Below, in pieces: positions 10,523-25,392 of a stretch of 64,000 nt of DNA (its first letter is position 1; the number at the start of each line of letters is the position of its first letter). The notes beneath the pieces were generated by a model that was given only the letters and a program-made list of their open reading frames with translations, was not told the origin of the DNA and did no database searches. The stretch is taken from NCBI GenBank assembly GCA_043228905.1, contig JBHGNT010000022.1, positions 9,858,001-9,922,000 on the forward strand, in the 5' to 3' direction. The position numbers and the translations under genes are program-made. This DNA is from Azolla caroliniana. Lineage: Eukaryota > Plantae > Polypodiophyta.

Positions 10523-12664
10523 CTGCCGCAACGCCCATCATTGATGTCAATCGAAGGTTTCATTAAATATTAGTGATAACAACATCCATGGAAATTGGAG
10601 TCTTAGATTGAAAACAAACGAGAATGGTTTTGCCTTCCCTCACGTTTTCTAAAATTGTATGCTTGTTCTTTTTCAAGCAATTAACCTTTTTGAGTTGATT
10701 TTGATGAGGTATCAATGTATTTCATTGGGAGCATTGAATTGAAAAAGAAGTAATGTTTTGAGTACATGAGTACATAGCCTGTTTGCACTTTTGAGCGGAC
10801 AAGAACGTTAATGTTTCATGCTTGCGTGGGAGATTTTGGTTGTGAATGGCAATGTCACAATGCATGAGATGCTCAGGTTAAATTTCTTGAGAATGATGCT
10901 TGGCAAAAGATTTCATTAAAATGATTGTGCGTAACAATCACAATGAAAATTAAAACGTTGGCGCGTCCACGAAGACCCATTATTTTGCGTCCCTTCATGT
11001 TTCGATTAATTTTCAACCTCTTTAGTTTCAAACAATTTAATTTATTGGAATAGTTTTGATGGTGTATAGACCCATTTCACCACTACCGTAATTATTAGAA
11101 AAGAAGGAAAAAGGTAACTTGTCCTTGGGTTAGATAATCTTTTTCTCACTTTTTGAAGAGAGGAAATGTTTGATATTAGGAAAACGTGTTTATGTGCCAT
11201 TTTTATTCACATTTCGAGGCTTCCCTATCCCACGAATGCATATGACCACGCACGGCATTTTTGTGTTGGAAAAAATACCAATGGTCGGGAGCATGACGTG
11301 TTTACGTTTTACTGTGGTTCCCACATTCAGAGGCTGTGCATTCTCCCTTACTTGGTTGCATCCCAAAGTTATCCAGTATCTCACACCGTAGGGCTCAATG
11401 TCCTTCATCATACCGTGAAGTTTGAATATAAGGTGGGTTTGTCTGTTTCCTAGTCACGGATTGAGATGCTATAAATGCGTGCGCTTGAACCCAAGAGTAT
11501 GCAAGACTTAGACATTGCCAAAATGGATCGGAGGAAAACCTCATTCATTTAACCGTTATTCAAAGATTTCTCCTTTCAATGTTATCTTGCGGTGAGAGAA
11601 CCTTTTAACCGTCTCACGTTGTGGCATGTGCGAACGGCGAAAAGCGCCTAAAACCCAAATTTTATGATAATCTGAGATTCCAAGTGAAGAAGAAGTCGGT
11701 TAAAAGTAGACGGCCATTCAATTGATGACGGGAGATAACTCACGCGCTAAGAGTTCTTCTCTTGAACAATAATGGCAAGGGTTCAAATATCTTAGGGACA
11801 ACGAATGGGTTTCGCATTATATATTAGAGGCGGAATATGGGAAGCGGGTTATGGTGGGAACTAGGTTATATGGCAAACCAAAACTAGCGATGCGTCCTTT
11901 GAAAAAGTGTGGTGTCTGTGACAAGTGGCAATGGATGATGTCGATTTTATTTTTGTGGTAGGAGCGGTCTCGAGAACAATGAAGGGAGGAAAAGAGCACC
12001 TTGCCAAAAACGTGGGCGTTAAGATTCAAGGCCTAGGATTTGTAGAAGCAGAAGGCCTATGTGTAATTTGATTGCGGAACCAAATAAAACAAATTTTGGA
12101 GCACAAGAGTCGATGTTAGGGATTCATGATGCACTTGTCATGGAAAATCTCATCCTATGATGACGGTATGAATTTTGGTTTTCCTTCTCATGTCATCGCG
12201 TGACCCGGCATGGGAATGGGCAACCTTTTACGTAAGGTTATAGTAGATCCATCCCACATTCCTCATCTGCCATTGAATGATATCATGCGAAGATGTAGGA
12301 AACGTCTTATATGCCAGGCTTTTCCTGCTCTACGAGATCAATGCACATAACAGTAATGAAGATATCAACATTCACTAGGACCTCGCTATAGAAGAAACAT
12401 GTGCCATTTGAAACCTTGTTCTCGCAATTATTAATGAACTTGAGGACTTCATGAATGCGGAAGTAATAGTTTGCAACGACAATGTAGCATATACCATACC
12501 GTGGTGCATGATAGAAGAAATTGAAAGGTGGTGTTATTGAATATGAAATCATATGTTTATTCATGGATAAACACACCGTTCTATTTGTTTGTGATGGTTA
12601 CATTATGAATCCCACATTATTTTATAGAACACGATTAACAATGGAATTGGAAAAGTGGGTTAAT

Positions 12665-12907
12665 TTAATCATCATTTTCTGATGGAGTTGGGGCAGGAGG
12701 AATTGAAGTCGACGGAGGAGTTAGAGGAGCATTAGGAGTTGCCGCTAGAGGAGGGGCAGGAATTGGAGAAAGAATCGGCCTTGGAATTACACAAGGAGAA
12801 GGTTCAGGCTCATCGGCGTAGGTTGTTGATGGCCCATGAACAACTAAGACTGTCACAAAAAGAAAAACACACAGAAGTCGGAATCGTTGCAACTCCATCT
12901 TCCCCAT
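12665..12907 (-). CDS. Small secreted Pro-rich protein, copy 2
   Basis: Translation identical to copy 1. Confidence 0.72.
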   Translation of the reverse strand: MGKMELQRFRLLCVFLFVTVLVVHGPSTTYADEPEPSPCVIPRPILSPIPAPPLAATPNAPLTPPSTSIPPAPTPSENDD

Positions 12908-15161
12908 GGTATAAATAATAGTTATATATATATGTGGGATGAAACTTAAATGTTGTATGGAGCACGTAATTCGGTTGCTCCGTTGTGCCTATAAAGCATT
13001 TCCTTGCTGCGTTTTTATACTGCCGCAACGCCCATCATTGATGTCAATCGAAGGTTTCATTAAATATTAGTGATAACAACATCCATGGAAATTGGAGTCT
13101 TAGATTGAAAACAAACGAGAATGGTTTTGCCTTCCCTCACGTTTTCTAAAATTGTATGCTTGTTCTTTTTCAAGCAATTAACCTTTTTGAGTTGATTTTG
13201 ATGAGGTATCAATGTATTTCATTGGGAGCATTGAATTGAAAAAGAAGTAATGTTTTGAGTACATGAGTACATAGCCTGTTTGCACTTTTGAGCGGACAAG
13301 AACGTTAATGTTTCATGCTTGCGTGGGAGATTTTGGTTGTGAATGGCAATGTCACAATGCATGAGATGCTCAGGTTAAATTTCTTGAGAATGATGCTTGG
13401 CAAAAGATTTCATTAAAATGATTGTGCGTAACAATCACAATGAAAATTAAAACGTTGGCGCGTCCACGAAGACCCATTATTTTGCGTCCCTTCATGTTTC
13501 GATTAATTTTCAACCTCTTTAGTTTCAAACAATTTAATTTATTGGAATAGTTTTGATGGTGTATAGACCCATTTCACCACTACCGTAATTATTAGAAAAG
13601 AAGGAAAAAGGTAACTTGTCCTTGGGTTAGATAATCTTTTTCTCACTTTTTGAAGAGAGGAAATGTTTGATATTAGGAAAACGTGTTTATGTGCCATTTT
13701 TATTCACATTTCGAGGCTTCCCTATCCCACGAATGCATATGACCACGCACGGCATTTTTGTGTTGGAAAAAATACCAATGGTCGGGAGCATGACGTGTTT
13801 ACGTTTTACTGTGGTTCCCACATTCAGAGGCTGTGCATTCTCCCTTACTTGGTTGCATCCCAAAGTTATCCAGTATCTCACACCGTAGGGCTCAATGTCC
13901 TTCATCATACCGTGAAGTTTGAATATAAGGTGGGTTTGTCTGTTTCCTAGTCACGGATTGAGATGCTATAAATGCGTGCGCTTGAACCCAAGAGTATGCA
14001 AGACTTAGACATTGCCAAAATGGATCGGAGGAAAACCTCATTCATTTAACCGTTATTCAAAGATTTCTCCTTTCAATGTTATCTTGCGGTGAGAGAACCT
14101 TTTAACCGTCTCACGTTGTGGCATGTGCGAACGGCGAAAAGCGCCTAAAACCCAAATTTTATGATAATCTGAGATTCCAAGTGAAGAAGAAGTCGGTTAA
14201 AAGTAGACGGCCATTCAATTGATGACGGGAGATAACTCACGCGCTAAGAGTTCTTCTCTTGAACAATAATGGCAAGGGTTCAAATATCTTAGGGACAACG
14301 AATGGGTTTCGCATTATATATTAGAGGCGGAATATGGGAAGCGGGTTATGGTGGGAACTAGGTTATATGGCAAACCAAAACTAGCGATGCGTCCTTTGAA
14401 AAAGTGTGGTGTCTGTGACAAGTGGCAATGGATGATGTCGATTTTATTTTTGTGGTAGGAGCGGTCTCGAGAACAATGAAGGGAGGAAAAGAGCACCTTG
14501 CCAAAAACGTGGGCGTTAAGATTCAAGGCCTAGGATTTGTAGAAGCAGAAGGCCTATGTGTAATTTGATTGCGGAACCAAATAAAACAAATTTTGGAGCA
14601 CAAGAGTCGATGTTAGGGATTCATGATGCACTTGTCATGGAAAATCTCATCCTATGATGACGGTATGAATTTTGGTTTTCCTTCTCATGTCATCGCGTGA
14701 CCCGGCATGGGAATGGGCAACCTTTTACGTAAGGTTATAGTAGATCCATCCCACATTCCTCATCTGCCATTGAATGATATCATGCGAAGATGTAGGAAAC
14801 GTCTTATATGCCAGGCTTTTCCTGCTCTACGAGATCAATGCACATAACAGTAATGAAGATATCAACATTCACTAGGACCTCGCTATAGAAGAAACATGTG
14901 CCATTTGAAACCTTGTTCTCGCAATTATTAATGAACTTGAGGACTTCATGAATGCGGAAGTAATAGTTTGCAACGACAATGTAGCATATACCATACCGTG
15001 GTGCATGATAGAAGAAATTGAAAGGTGGTGTTATTGAATATGAAATCATATGTTTATTCATGGATAAACACACCGTTCTATTTGTTTGTGATGGTTACAT
15101 TATGAATCCCACATTATTTTATAGAACACGATTAACAATGGAATTGGAAAAGTGGGTTAAT

Positions 15162-15404
15162 TTAATCATCATTTTCTGATGGAGTTGGGGCAGGAGGAAT
15201 TGAAGTCGACGGAGGAGTTAGAGGAGCATTAGGAGTTGCCGCTAGAGGAGGGGCAGGAATTGGAGAAAGAATCGGCCTTGGAATTACACAAGGAGAAGGT
15301 TCAGGCTCATCGGCGTAGGTTGTTGATGGCCCATGAACAACTAAGACTGTCACAAAAAGAAAAACACACAGAAGTCGGAATCGTTGCAACTCCATCTTCC
15401 CCAT
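15162..15404 (-). CDS. Small secreted Pro-rich protein, copy 3
   Basis: Translation identical to copy 1. Confidence 0.72.
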   Translation of the reverse strand: MGKMELQRFRLLCVFLFVTVLVVHGPSTTYADEPEPSPCVIPRPILSPIPAPPLAATPNAPLTPPSTSIPPAPTPSENDD

Positions 15405-17658
15405 GGTATAAATAATAGTTATATATATATGTGGGATGAAACTTAAATGTTGTATGGAGCACGTAATTCGGTTGCTCCGTTGTGCCTATAAAGCATTTCC
15501 TTGCTGCGTTTTTATACTGCCGCAACGCCCATCATTGATGTCAATCGAAGGTTTCATTAAATATTAGTGATAACAACATCCATGGAAATTGGAGTCTTAG
15601 ATTGAAAACAAACGAGAATGGTTTTGCCTTCCCTCACGTTTTCTAAAATTGTATGCTTGTTCTTTTTCAAGCAATTAACCTTTTTGAGTTGATTTTGATG
15701 AGGTATCAATGTATTTCATTGGGAGCATTGAATTGAAAAAGAAGTAATGTTTTGAGTACATGAGTACATAGCCTGTTTGCACTTTTGAGCGGACAAGAAC
15801 GTTAATGTTTCATGCTTGCGTGGGAGATTTTGGTTGTGAATGGCAATGTCACAATGCATGAGATGCTCAGGTTAAATTTCTTGAGAATGATGCTTGGCAA
15901 AAGATTTCATTAAAATGATTGTGCGTAACAATCACAATGAAAATTAAAACGTTGGCGCGTCCACGAAGACCCATTATTTTGCGTCCCTTCATGTTTCGAT
16001 TAATTTTCAACCTCTTTAGTTTCAAACAATTTAATTTATTGGAATAGTTTTGATGGTGTATAGACCCATTTCACCACTACCGTAATTATTAGAAAAGAAG
16101 GAAAAAGGTAACTTGTCCTTGGGTTAGATAATCTTTTTCTCACTTTTTGAAGAGAGGAAATGTTTGATATTAGGAAAACGTGTTTATGTGCCATTTTTAT
16201 TCACATTTCGAGGCTTCCCTATCCCACGAATGCATATGACCACGCACGGCATTTTTGTGTTGGAAAAAATACCAATGGTCGGGAGCATGACGTGTTTACG
16301 TTTTACTGTGGTTCCCACATTCAGAGGCTGTGCATTCTCCCTTACTTGGTTGCATCCCAAAGTTATCCAGTATCTCACACCGTAGGGCTCAATGTCCTTC
16401 ATCATACCGTGAAGTTTGAATATAAGGTGGGTTTGTCTGTTTCCTAGTCACGGATTGAGATGCTATAAATGCGTGCGCTTGAACCCAAGAGTATGCAAGA
16501 CTTAGACATTGCCAAAATGGATCGGAGGAAAACCTCATTCATTTAACCGTTATTCAAAGATTTCTCCTTTCAATGTTATCTTGCGGTGAGAGAACCTTTT
16601 AACCGTCTCACGTTGTGGCATGTGCGAACGGCGAAAAGCGCCTAAAACCCAAATTTTATGATAATCTGAGATTCCAAGTGAAGAAGAAGTCGGTTAAAAG
16701 TAGACGGCCATTCAATTGATGACGGGAGATAACTCACGCGCTAAGAGTTCTTCTCTTGAACAATAATGGCAAGGGTTCAAATATCTTAGGGACAACGAAT
16801 GGGTTTCGCATTATATATTAGAGGCGGAATATGGGAAGCGGGTTATGGTGGGAACTAGGTTATATGGCAAACCAAAACTAGCGATGCGTCCTTTGAAAAA
16901 GTGTGGTGTCTGTGACAAGTGGCAATGGATGATGTCGATTTTATTTTTGTGGTAGGAGCGGTCTCGAGAACAATGAAGGGAGGAAAAGAGCACCTTGCCA
17001 AAAACGTGGGCGTTAAGATTCAAGGCCTAGGATTTGTAGAAGCAGAAGGCCTATGTGTAATTTGATTGCGGAACCAAATAAAACAAATTTTGGAGCACAA
17101 GAGTCGATGTTAGGGATTCATGATGCACTTGTCATGGAAAATCTCATCCTATGATGACGGTATGAATTTTGGTTTTCCTTCTCATGTCATCGCGTGACCC
17201 GGCATGGGAATGGGCAACCTTTTACGTAAGGTTATAGTAGATCCATCCCACATTCCTCATCTGCCATTGAATGATATCATGCGAAGATGTAGGAAACGTC
17301 TTATATGCCAGGCTTTTCCTGCTCTACGAGATCAATGCACATAACAGTAATGAAGATATCAACATTCACTAGGACCTCGCTATAGAAGAAACATGTGCCA
17401 TTTGAAACCTTGTTCTCGCAATTATTAATGAACTTGAGGACTTCATGAATGCGGAAGTAATAGTTTGCAACGACAATGTAGCATATACCATACCGTGGTG
17501 CATGATAGAAGAAATTGAAAGGTGGTGTTATTGAATATGAAATCATATGTTTATTCATGGATAAACACACCGTTCTATTTGTTTGTGATGGTTACATTAT
17601 GAATCCCACATTATTTTATAGAACACGATTAACAATGGAATTGGAAAAGTGGGTTAAT

Positions 17659-17901
17659 TTAATCATCATTTTCTGATGGAGTTGGGGCAGGAGGAATTGA
17701 AGTCGACGGAGGAGTTAGAGGAGCATTAGGAGTTGCCGCTAGAGGAGGGGCAGGAATTGGAGAAAGAATCGGCCTTGGAATTACACAAGGAGAAGGTTCA
17801 GGCTCATCGGCGTAGGTTGTTGATGGCCCATGAACAACTAAGACTGTCACAAAAAGAAAAACACACAGAAGTCGGAATCGTTGCAACTCCATCTTCCCCA
17901 T
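17659..17901 (-). CDS. Small secreted Pro-rich protein, copy 4
   Basis: Translation identical to copy 1. Confidence 0.72.
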   Translation of the reverse strand: MGKMELQRFRLLCVFLFVTVLVVHGPSTTYADEPEPSPCVIPRPILSPIPAPPLAATPNAPLTPPSTSIPPAPTPSENDD

Positions 17902-20155
17902 GGTATAAATAATAGTTATATATATATGTGGGATGAAACTTAAATGTTGTATGGAGCACGTAATTCGGTTGCTCCGTTGTGCCTATAAAGCATTTCCTTG
18001 CTGCGTTTTTATACTGCCGCAACGCCCATCATTGATGTCAATCGAAGGTTTCATTAAATATTAGTGATAACAACATCCATGGAAATTGGAGTCTTAGATT
18101 GAAAACAAACGAGAATGGTTTTGCCTTCCCTCACGTTTTCTAAAATTGTATGCTTGTTCTTTTTCAAGCAATTAACCTTTTTGAGTTGATTTTGATGAGG
18201 TATCAATGTATTTCATTGGGAGCATTGAATTGAAAAAGAAGTAATGTTTTGAGTACATGAGTACATAGCCTGTTTGCACTTTTGAGCGGACAAGAACGTT
18301 AATGTTTCATGCTTGCGTGGGAGATTTTGGTTGTGAATGGCAATGTCACAATGCATGAGATGCTCAGGTTAAATTTCTTGAGAATGATGCTTGGCAAAAG
18401 ATTTCATTAAAATGATTGTGCGTAACAATCACAATGAAAATTAAAACGTTGGCGCGTCCACGAAGACCCATTATTTTGCGTCCCTTCATGTTTCGATTAA
18501 TTTTCAACCTCTTTAGTTTCAAACAATTTAATTTATTGGAATAGTTTTGATGGTGTATAGACCCATTTCACCACTACCGTAATTATTAGAAAAGAAGGAA
18601 AAAGGTAACTTGTCCTTGGGTTAGATAATCTTTTTCTCACTTTTTGAAGAGAGGAAATGTTTGATATTAGGAAAACGTGTTTATGTGCCATTTTTATTCA
18701 CATTTCGAGGCTTCCCTATCCCACGAATGCATATGACCACGCACGGCATTTTTGTGTTGGAAAAAATACCAATGGTCGGGAGCATGACGTGTTTACGTTT
18801 TACTGTGGTTCCCACATTCAGAGGCTGTGCATTCTCCCTTACTTGGTTGCATCCCAAAGTTATCCAGTATCTCACACCGTAGGGCTCAATGTCCTTCATC
18901 ATACCGTGAAGTTTGAATATAAGGTGGGTTTGTCTGTTTCCTAGTCACGGATTGAGATGCTATAAATGCGTGCGCTTGAACCCAAGAGTATGCAAGACTT
19001 AGACATTGCCAAAATGGATCGGAGGAAAACCTCATTCATTTAACCGTTATTCAAAGATTTCTCCTTTCAATGTTATCTTGCGGTGAGAGAACCTTTTAAC
19101 CGTCTCACGTTGTGGCATGTGCGAACGGCGAAAAGCGCCTAAAACCCAAATTTTATGATAATCTGAGATTCCAAGTGAAGAAGAAGTCGGTTAAAAGTAG
19201 ACGGCCATTCAATTGATGACGGGAGATAACTCACGCGCTAAGAGTTCTTCTCTTGAACAATAATGGCAAGGGTTCAAATATCTTAGGGACAACGAATGGG
19301 TTTCGCATTATATATTAGAGGCGGAATATGGGAAGCGGGTTATGGTGGGAACTAGGTTATATGGCAAACCAAAACTAGCGATGCGTCCTTTGAAAAAGTG
19401 TGGTGTCTGTGACAAGTGGCAATGGATGATGTCGATTTTATTTTTGTGGTAGGAGCGGTCTCGAGAACAATGAAGGGAGGAAAAGAGCACCTTGCCAAAA
19501 ACGTGGGCGTTAAGATTCAAGGCCTAGGATTTGTAGAAGCAGAAGGCCTATGTGTAATTTGATTGCGGAACCAAATAAAACAAATTTTGGAGCACAAGAG
19601 TCGATGTTAGGGATTCATGATGCACTTGTCATGGAAAATCTCATCCTATGATGACGGTATGAATTTTGGTTTTCCTTCTCATGTCATCGCGTGACCCGGC
19701 ATGGGAATGGGCAACCTTTTACGTAAGGTTATAGTAGATCCATCCCACATTCCTCATCTGCCATTGAATGATATCATGCGAAGATGTAGGAAACGTCTTA
19801 TATGCCAGGCTTTTCCTGCTCTACGAGATCAATGCACATAACAGTAATGAAGATATCAACATTCACTAGGACCTCGCTATAGAAGAAACATGTGCCATTT
19901 GAAACCTTGTTCTCGCAATTATTAATGAACTTGAGGACTTCATGAATGCGGAAGTAATAGTTTGCAACGACAATGTAGCATATACCATACCGTGGTGCAT
20001 GATAGAAGAAATTGAAAGGTGGTGTTATTGAATATGAAATCATATGTTTATTCATGGATAAACACACCGTTCTATTTGTTTGTGATGGTTACATTATGAA
20101 TCCCACATTATTTTATAGAACACGATTAACAATGGAATTGGAAAAGTGGGTTAAT

Positions 20156-20398
20156 TTAATCATCATTTTCTGATGGAGTTGGGGCAGGAGGAATTGAAGT
20201 CGACGGAGGAGTTAGAGGAGCATTAGGAGTTGCCGCTAGAGGAGGGGCAGGAATTGGAGAAAGAATCGGCCTTGGAATTACACAAGGAGAAGGTTCAGGC
20301 TCATCGGCGTAGGTTGTTGATGGCCCATGAACAACTAAGACTGTCACAAAAAGAAAAACACACAGAAGTCGGAATCGTTGCAACTCCATCTTCCCCAT
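20156..20398 (-). CDS. Small secreted Pro-rich protein, copy 5
   Basis: Translation identical to copy 1. Confidence 0.72.
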   Translation of the reverse strand: MGKMELQRFRLLCVFLFVTVLVVHGPSTTYADEPEPSPCVIPRPILSPIPAPPLAATPNAPLTPPSTSIPPAPTPSENDD

Positions 20399-22652
20399 GG
20401 TATAAATAATAGTTATATATATATGTGGGATGAAACTTAAATGTTGTATGGAGCACGTAATTCGGTTGCTCCGTTGTGCCTATAAAGCATTTCCTTGCTG
20501 CGTTTTTATACTGCCGCAACGCCCATCATTGATGTCAATCGAAGGTTTCATTAAATATTAGTGATAACAACATCCATGGAAATTGGAGTCTTAGATTGAA
20601 AACAAACGAGAATGGTTTTGCCTTCCCTCACGTTTTCTAAAATTGTATGCTTGTTCTTTTTCAAGCAATTAACCTTTTTGAGTTGATTTTGATGAGGTAT
20701 CAATGTATTTCATTGGGAGCATTGAATTGAAAAAGAAGTAATGTTTTGAGTACATGAGTACATAGCCTGTTTGCACTTTTGAGCGGACAAGAACGTTAAT
20801 GTTTCATGCTTGCGTGGGAGATTTTGGTTGTGAATGGCAATGTCACAATGCATGAGATGCTCAGGTTAAATTTCTTGAGAATGATGCTTGGCAAAAGATT
20901 TCATTAAAATGACTGTGCGTAACAATCACAATGAAAATTAAAACGTTGGCGCGTCCACGAAGACCCATTATTTTGCGTCCCTTCATGTTTCGATTAATTT
21001 TCAACCTCTTTAGTTTCAAACAATTTAATTTATTGGAATAGTTTTGATGGTGTATAGACCCATTTCACCACTACCGTAATTATTAGAAAAGAAGGAAAAA
21101 GGTAACTTGTCCTTGGGTTAGATAATCTTTTTCTCACTTTTTGAAGAGAGGAAATGTTTGATATTAGGAAAACGTGTTTATGTGCCATTTTTATTCACAT
21201 TTCGAGGCTTCCCTATCCCACGAATGCATATGACCACGCACGGCATTTTTGTGTTGGAAAAAATACCAATGGTCGGGAGCATGACGTGTTTACGTTTTAC
21301 TGTGGTTCCCACATTCAGAGGCTGTGCATTCTCCCTTACTTGGTTGCATCCCAAAGTTATCCAGTATCTCACACCGTAGGGCTCAATGTCCTTCATCATA
21401 CCGTGAAGTTTGAATATAAGGTGGGTTTGTCTGTTTCCTAGTCACGGATTGAGATGCTATAAATGCGTGCGCTTGAACCCAAGAGTATGCAAGACTTAGA
21501 CATTGCCAAAATGGATCGGAGGAAAACCTCATTCATTTAACCGTTATTCAAAGATTTCTCCTTTCAATGTTATCTTGCGGTGAGAGAACCTTTTAACCGT
21601 CTCACGTTGTGGCATGTGCGAACGGCGAAAAGCGCCTAAAACCCAAATTTTATGATAATCTGAGATTCCAAGTGAAGAAGAAGTCGGTTAAAAGTAGACG
21701 GCCATTCAATTGATGACGGGAGATAACTCACGCGCTAAGAGTTCTTCTCTTGAACAATAATGGCAAGGGTTCAAATATCTTAGGGACAACGAATGGGTTT
21801 CGCATTATATATTAGAGGCGGAATATGGGAAGCGGGTTATGGTGGGAACTAGGTTATATGGCAAACCAAAACTAGCGATGCGTCCTTTGAAAAAGTGTGG
21901 TGTCTGTGACAAGTGGCAATGGATGATGTCGATTTTATTTTTGTGGTAGGAGCGGTCTCGAGAACAATGAAGGGAGGAAAAGAGCACCTTGCCAAAAACG
22001 TGGGCGTTAAGATTCAAGGCCTAGGATTTGTAGAAGCAGAAGGCCTATGTGTAATTTGATTGCGGAACCAAATAAAACAAATTTTGGAGCACAAGAGTCG
22101 ATGTTAGGGATTCATGATGCACTTGTCATGGAAAATCTCATCCTATGATGACGGTATGAATTTTGGTTTTCCTTCTCATGTCATCGCGTGACCCGGCATG
22201 GGAATGGGCAACCTTTTACGTAAGGTTATAGTAGATCCATCCCACATTCCTCATCTGCCATTGAATGATATCATGCGAAGATGTAGGAAACGTCTTATAT
22301 GCCAGGCTTTTCCTGCTCTACGAGATCAATGCACATAACAGTAATGAAGATATCAACATTCACTAGGACCTCGCTATAGAAGAAACATGTGCCATTTGAA
22401 ACCTTGTTCTCGCAATTATTAATGAACTTGAGGACTTCATGAATGCGGAAGTAATAGTTTGCAACGACAATGTAGCATATACCATACCGTGGTGCATGAT
22501 AGAAGAAATTGAAAGGTGGTGTTATTGAATATGAAATCATATGTTTATTCATGGATAAACACACCGTTCTATTTGTTTGTGATGGTTACATTATGAATCC
22601 CACATTATTTTATAGAACACGATTAACAATGGAATTGGAAAAGTGGGTTAAT

Positions 22653-22895
22653 TTAATCATCATTTTCTGATGGAGTTGGGGCAGGAGGAATTGAAGTCGA
22701 CGGAGGAGTTAGAGGAGCATTAGGAGTTGCCGCTAGAGGAGGGGCAGGAATTGGAGAAAGAATCGGCCTTGGAATTACACAAGGAGAAGGTTCAGGCTCA
22801 TCGGCGTAGGTTGTTGATGGCCCATGAACAACTAAGACTGTCACAAAAAGAAAAACACACAGAAGTCGGAATCGTTGCAACTCCATCTTCCCCAT
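22653..22895 (-). CDS. Small secreted Pro-rich protein, copy 6
   Basis: Translation identical to copy 1. Confidence 0.72.
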   Translation of the reverse strand: MGKMELQRFRLLCVFLFVTVLVVHGPSTTYADEPEPSPCVIPRPILSPIPAPPLAATPNAPLTPPSTSIPPAPTPSENDD

Positions 22896-25149
22896 GGTAT
22901 AAATAATAGTTATATATATATGTGGGATGAAACTTAAATGTTGTATGGAGCACGTAATTCGGTTGCTCCGTTGTGCCTATAAAGCATTTCCTTGCTGCGT
23001 TTTTATACTGCCGCAACGCCCATCATTGATGTCAATCGAAGGTTTCATTAAATATTAGTGATAACAACATCCATGGAAATTGGAGTCTTAGATTGAAAAC
23101 AAACGAGAATGGTTTTGCCTTCCCTCACGTTTTCTAAAATTGTATGCTTGTTCTTTTTCAAGCAATTAACCTTTTTGAGTTGATTTTGATGAGGTATCAA
23201 TGTATTTCATTGGGAGCATTGAATTGAAAAAGAAGTAATGTTTTGAGTACATGAGTACATAGCCTGTTTGCACTTTTGAGCGGACAAGAACGTTAATGTT
23301 TCATGCTTGCGTGGGAGATTTTGGTTGTGAATGGCAATGTCACAATGCATGAGATGCTCAGGTTAAATTTCTTGAGAATGATGCTTGGCAAAAGATTTCA
23401 TTAAAATGACTGTGCGTAACAATCACAATGAAAATTAAAACGTTGGCGCGTCCACGAAGACCCATTATTTTGCGTCCCTTCATGTTTCGATTAATTTTCA
23501 ACCTCTTTAGTTTCAAACAATTTAATTTATTGGAATAGTTTTGATGGTGTATAGACCCATTTCACCACTACCGTAATTATTAGAAAAGAAGGAAAAAGGT
23601 AACTTGTCCTTGGGTTAGATAATCTTTTTCTCACTTTTTGAAGAGAGGAAATGTTTGATATTAGGAAAACGTGTTTATGTGCCATTTTTATTCACATTTC
23701 GAGGCTTCCCTATCCCACGAATGCATATGACCACGCACGGCATTTTTGTGTTGGAAAAAATACCAATGGTCGGGAGCATGACGTGTTTACGTTTTACTGT
23801 GGTTCCCACATTCAGAGGCTGTGCATTCTCCCTTACTTGGTTGCATCCCAAAGTTATCCAGTATCTCACACCGTAGGGCTCAATGTCCTTCATCATACCG
23901 TGAAGTTTGAATATAAGGTGGGTTTGTCTGTTTCCTAGTCACGGATTGAGATGCTATAAATGCGTGCGCTTGAACCCAAGAGTATGCAAGACTTAGACAT
24001 TGCCAAAATGGATCGGAGGAAAACCTCATTCATTTAACCGTTATTCAAAGATTTCTCCTTTCAATGTTATCTTGCGGTGAGAGAACCTTTTAACCGTCTC
24101 ACGTTGTGGCATGTGCGAACGGCGAAAAGCGCCTAAAACCCAAATTTTATGATAATCTGAGATTCCAAGTGAAGAAGAAGTCGGTTAAAAGTAGACGGCC
24201 ATTCAATTGATGACGGGAGATAACTCACGCGCTAAGAGTTCTTCTCTTGAACAATAATGGCAAGGGTTCAAATATCTTAGGGACAACGAATGGGTTTCGC
24301 ATTATATATTAGAGGCGGAATATGGGAAGCGGGTTATGGTGGGAACTAGGTTATATGGCAAACCAAAACTAGCGATGCGTCCTTTGAAAAAGTGTGGTGT
24401 CTGTGACAAGTGGCAATGGATGATGTCGATTTTATTTTTGTGGTAGGAGCGGTCTCGAGAACAATGAAGGGAGGAAAAGAGCACCTTGCCAAAAACGTGG
24501 GCGTTAAGATTCAAGGCCTAGGATTTGTAGAAGCAGAAGGCCTATGTGTAATTTGATTGCGGAACCAAATAAAACAAATTTTGGAGCACAAGAGTCGATG
24601 TTAGGGATTCATGATGCACTTGTCATGGAAAATCTCATCCTATGATGACGGTATGAATTTTGGTTTTCCTTCTCATGTCATCGCGTGACCCGGCATGGGA
24701 ATGGGCAACCTTTTACGTAAGGTTATAGTAGATCCATCCCACATTCCTCATCTGCCATTGAATGATATCATGCGAAGATGTAGGAAACGTCTTATATGCC
24801 AGGCTTTTCCTGCTCTACGAGATCAATGCACATAACAGTAATGAAGATATCAACATTCACTAGGACCTCGCTATAGAAGAAACATGTGCCATTTGAAACC
24901 TTGTTCTCGCAATTATTAATGAACTTGAGGACTTCATGAATGCGGAAGTAATAGTTTGCAACGACAATGTAGCATATACCATACCGTGGTGCATGATAGA
25001 AGAAATTGAAAGGTGGTGTTATTGAATATGAAATCATATGTTTATTCATGGATAAACACACCGTTCTATTTGTTTGTGATGGTTACATTATGAATCCCAC
25101 ATTATTTTATAGAACACGATTAACAATGGAATTGGAAAAGTGGGTTAAT

Positions 25150-25392
25150 TTAATCATCATTTTCTGATGGAGTTGGGGCAGGAGGAATTGAAGTCGACGG
25201 AGGAGTTAGAGGAGCATTAGGAGTTGCCGCTAGAGGAGGGGCAGGAATTGGAGAAAGAATCGGCCTTGGAATTACACAAGGAGAAGGTTCAGGCTCATCG
25301 GCGTAGGTTGTTGATGGCCCATGAACAACTAAGACTGTCACAAAAAGAAAAACACACAGAAGTCGGAATCGTTGCAACTCCATCTTCCCCAT
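25150..25392 (-). CDS. Small secreted Pro-rich protein, copy 7
   Basis: Translation identical to copy 1. Confidence 0.72.
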   Translation of the reverse strand: MGKMELQRFRLLCVFLFVTVLVVHGPSTTYADEPEPSPCVIPRPILSPIPAPPLAATPNAPLTPPSTSIPPAPTPSENDD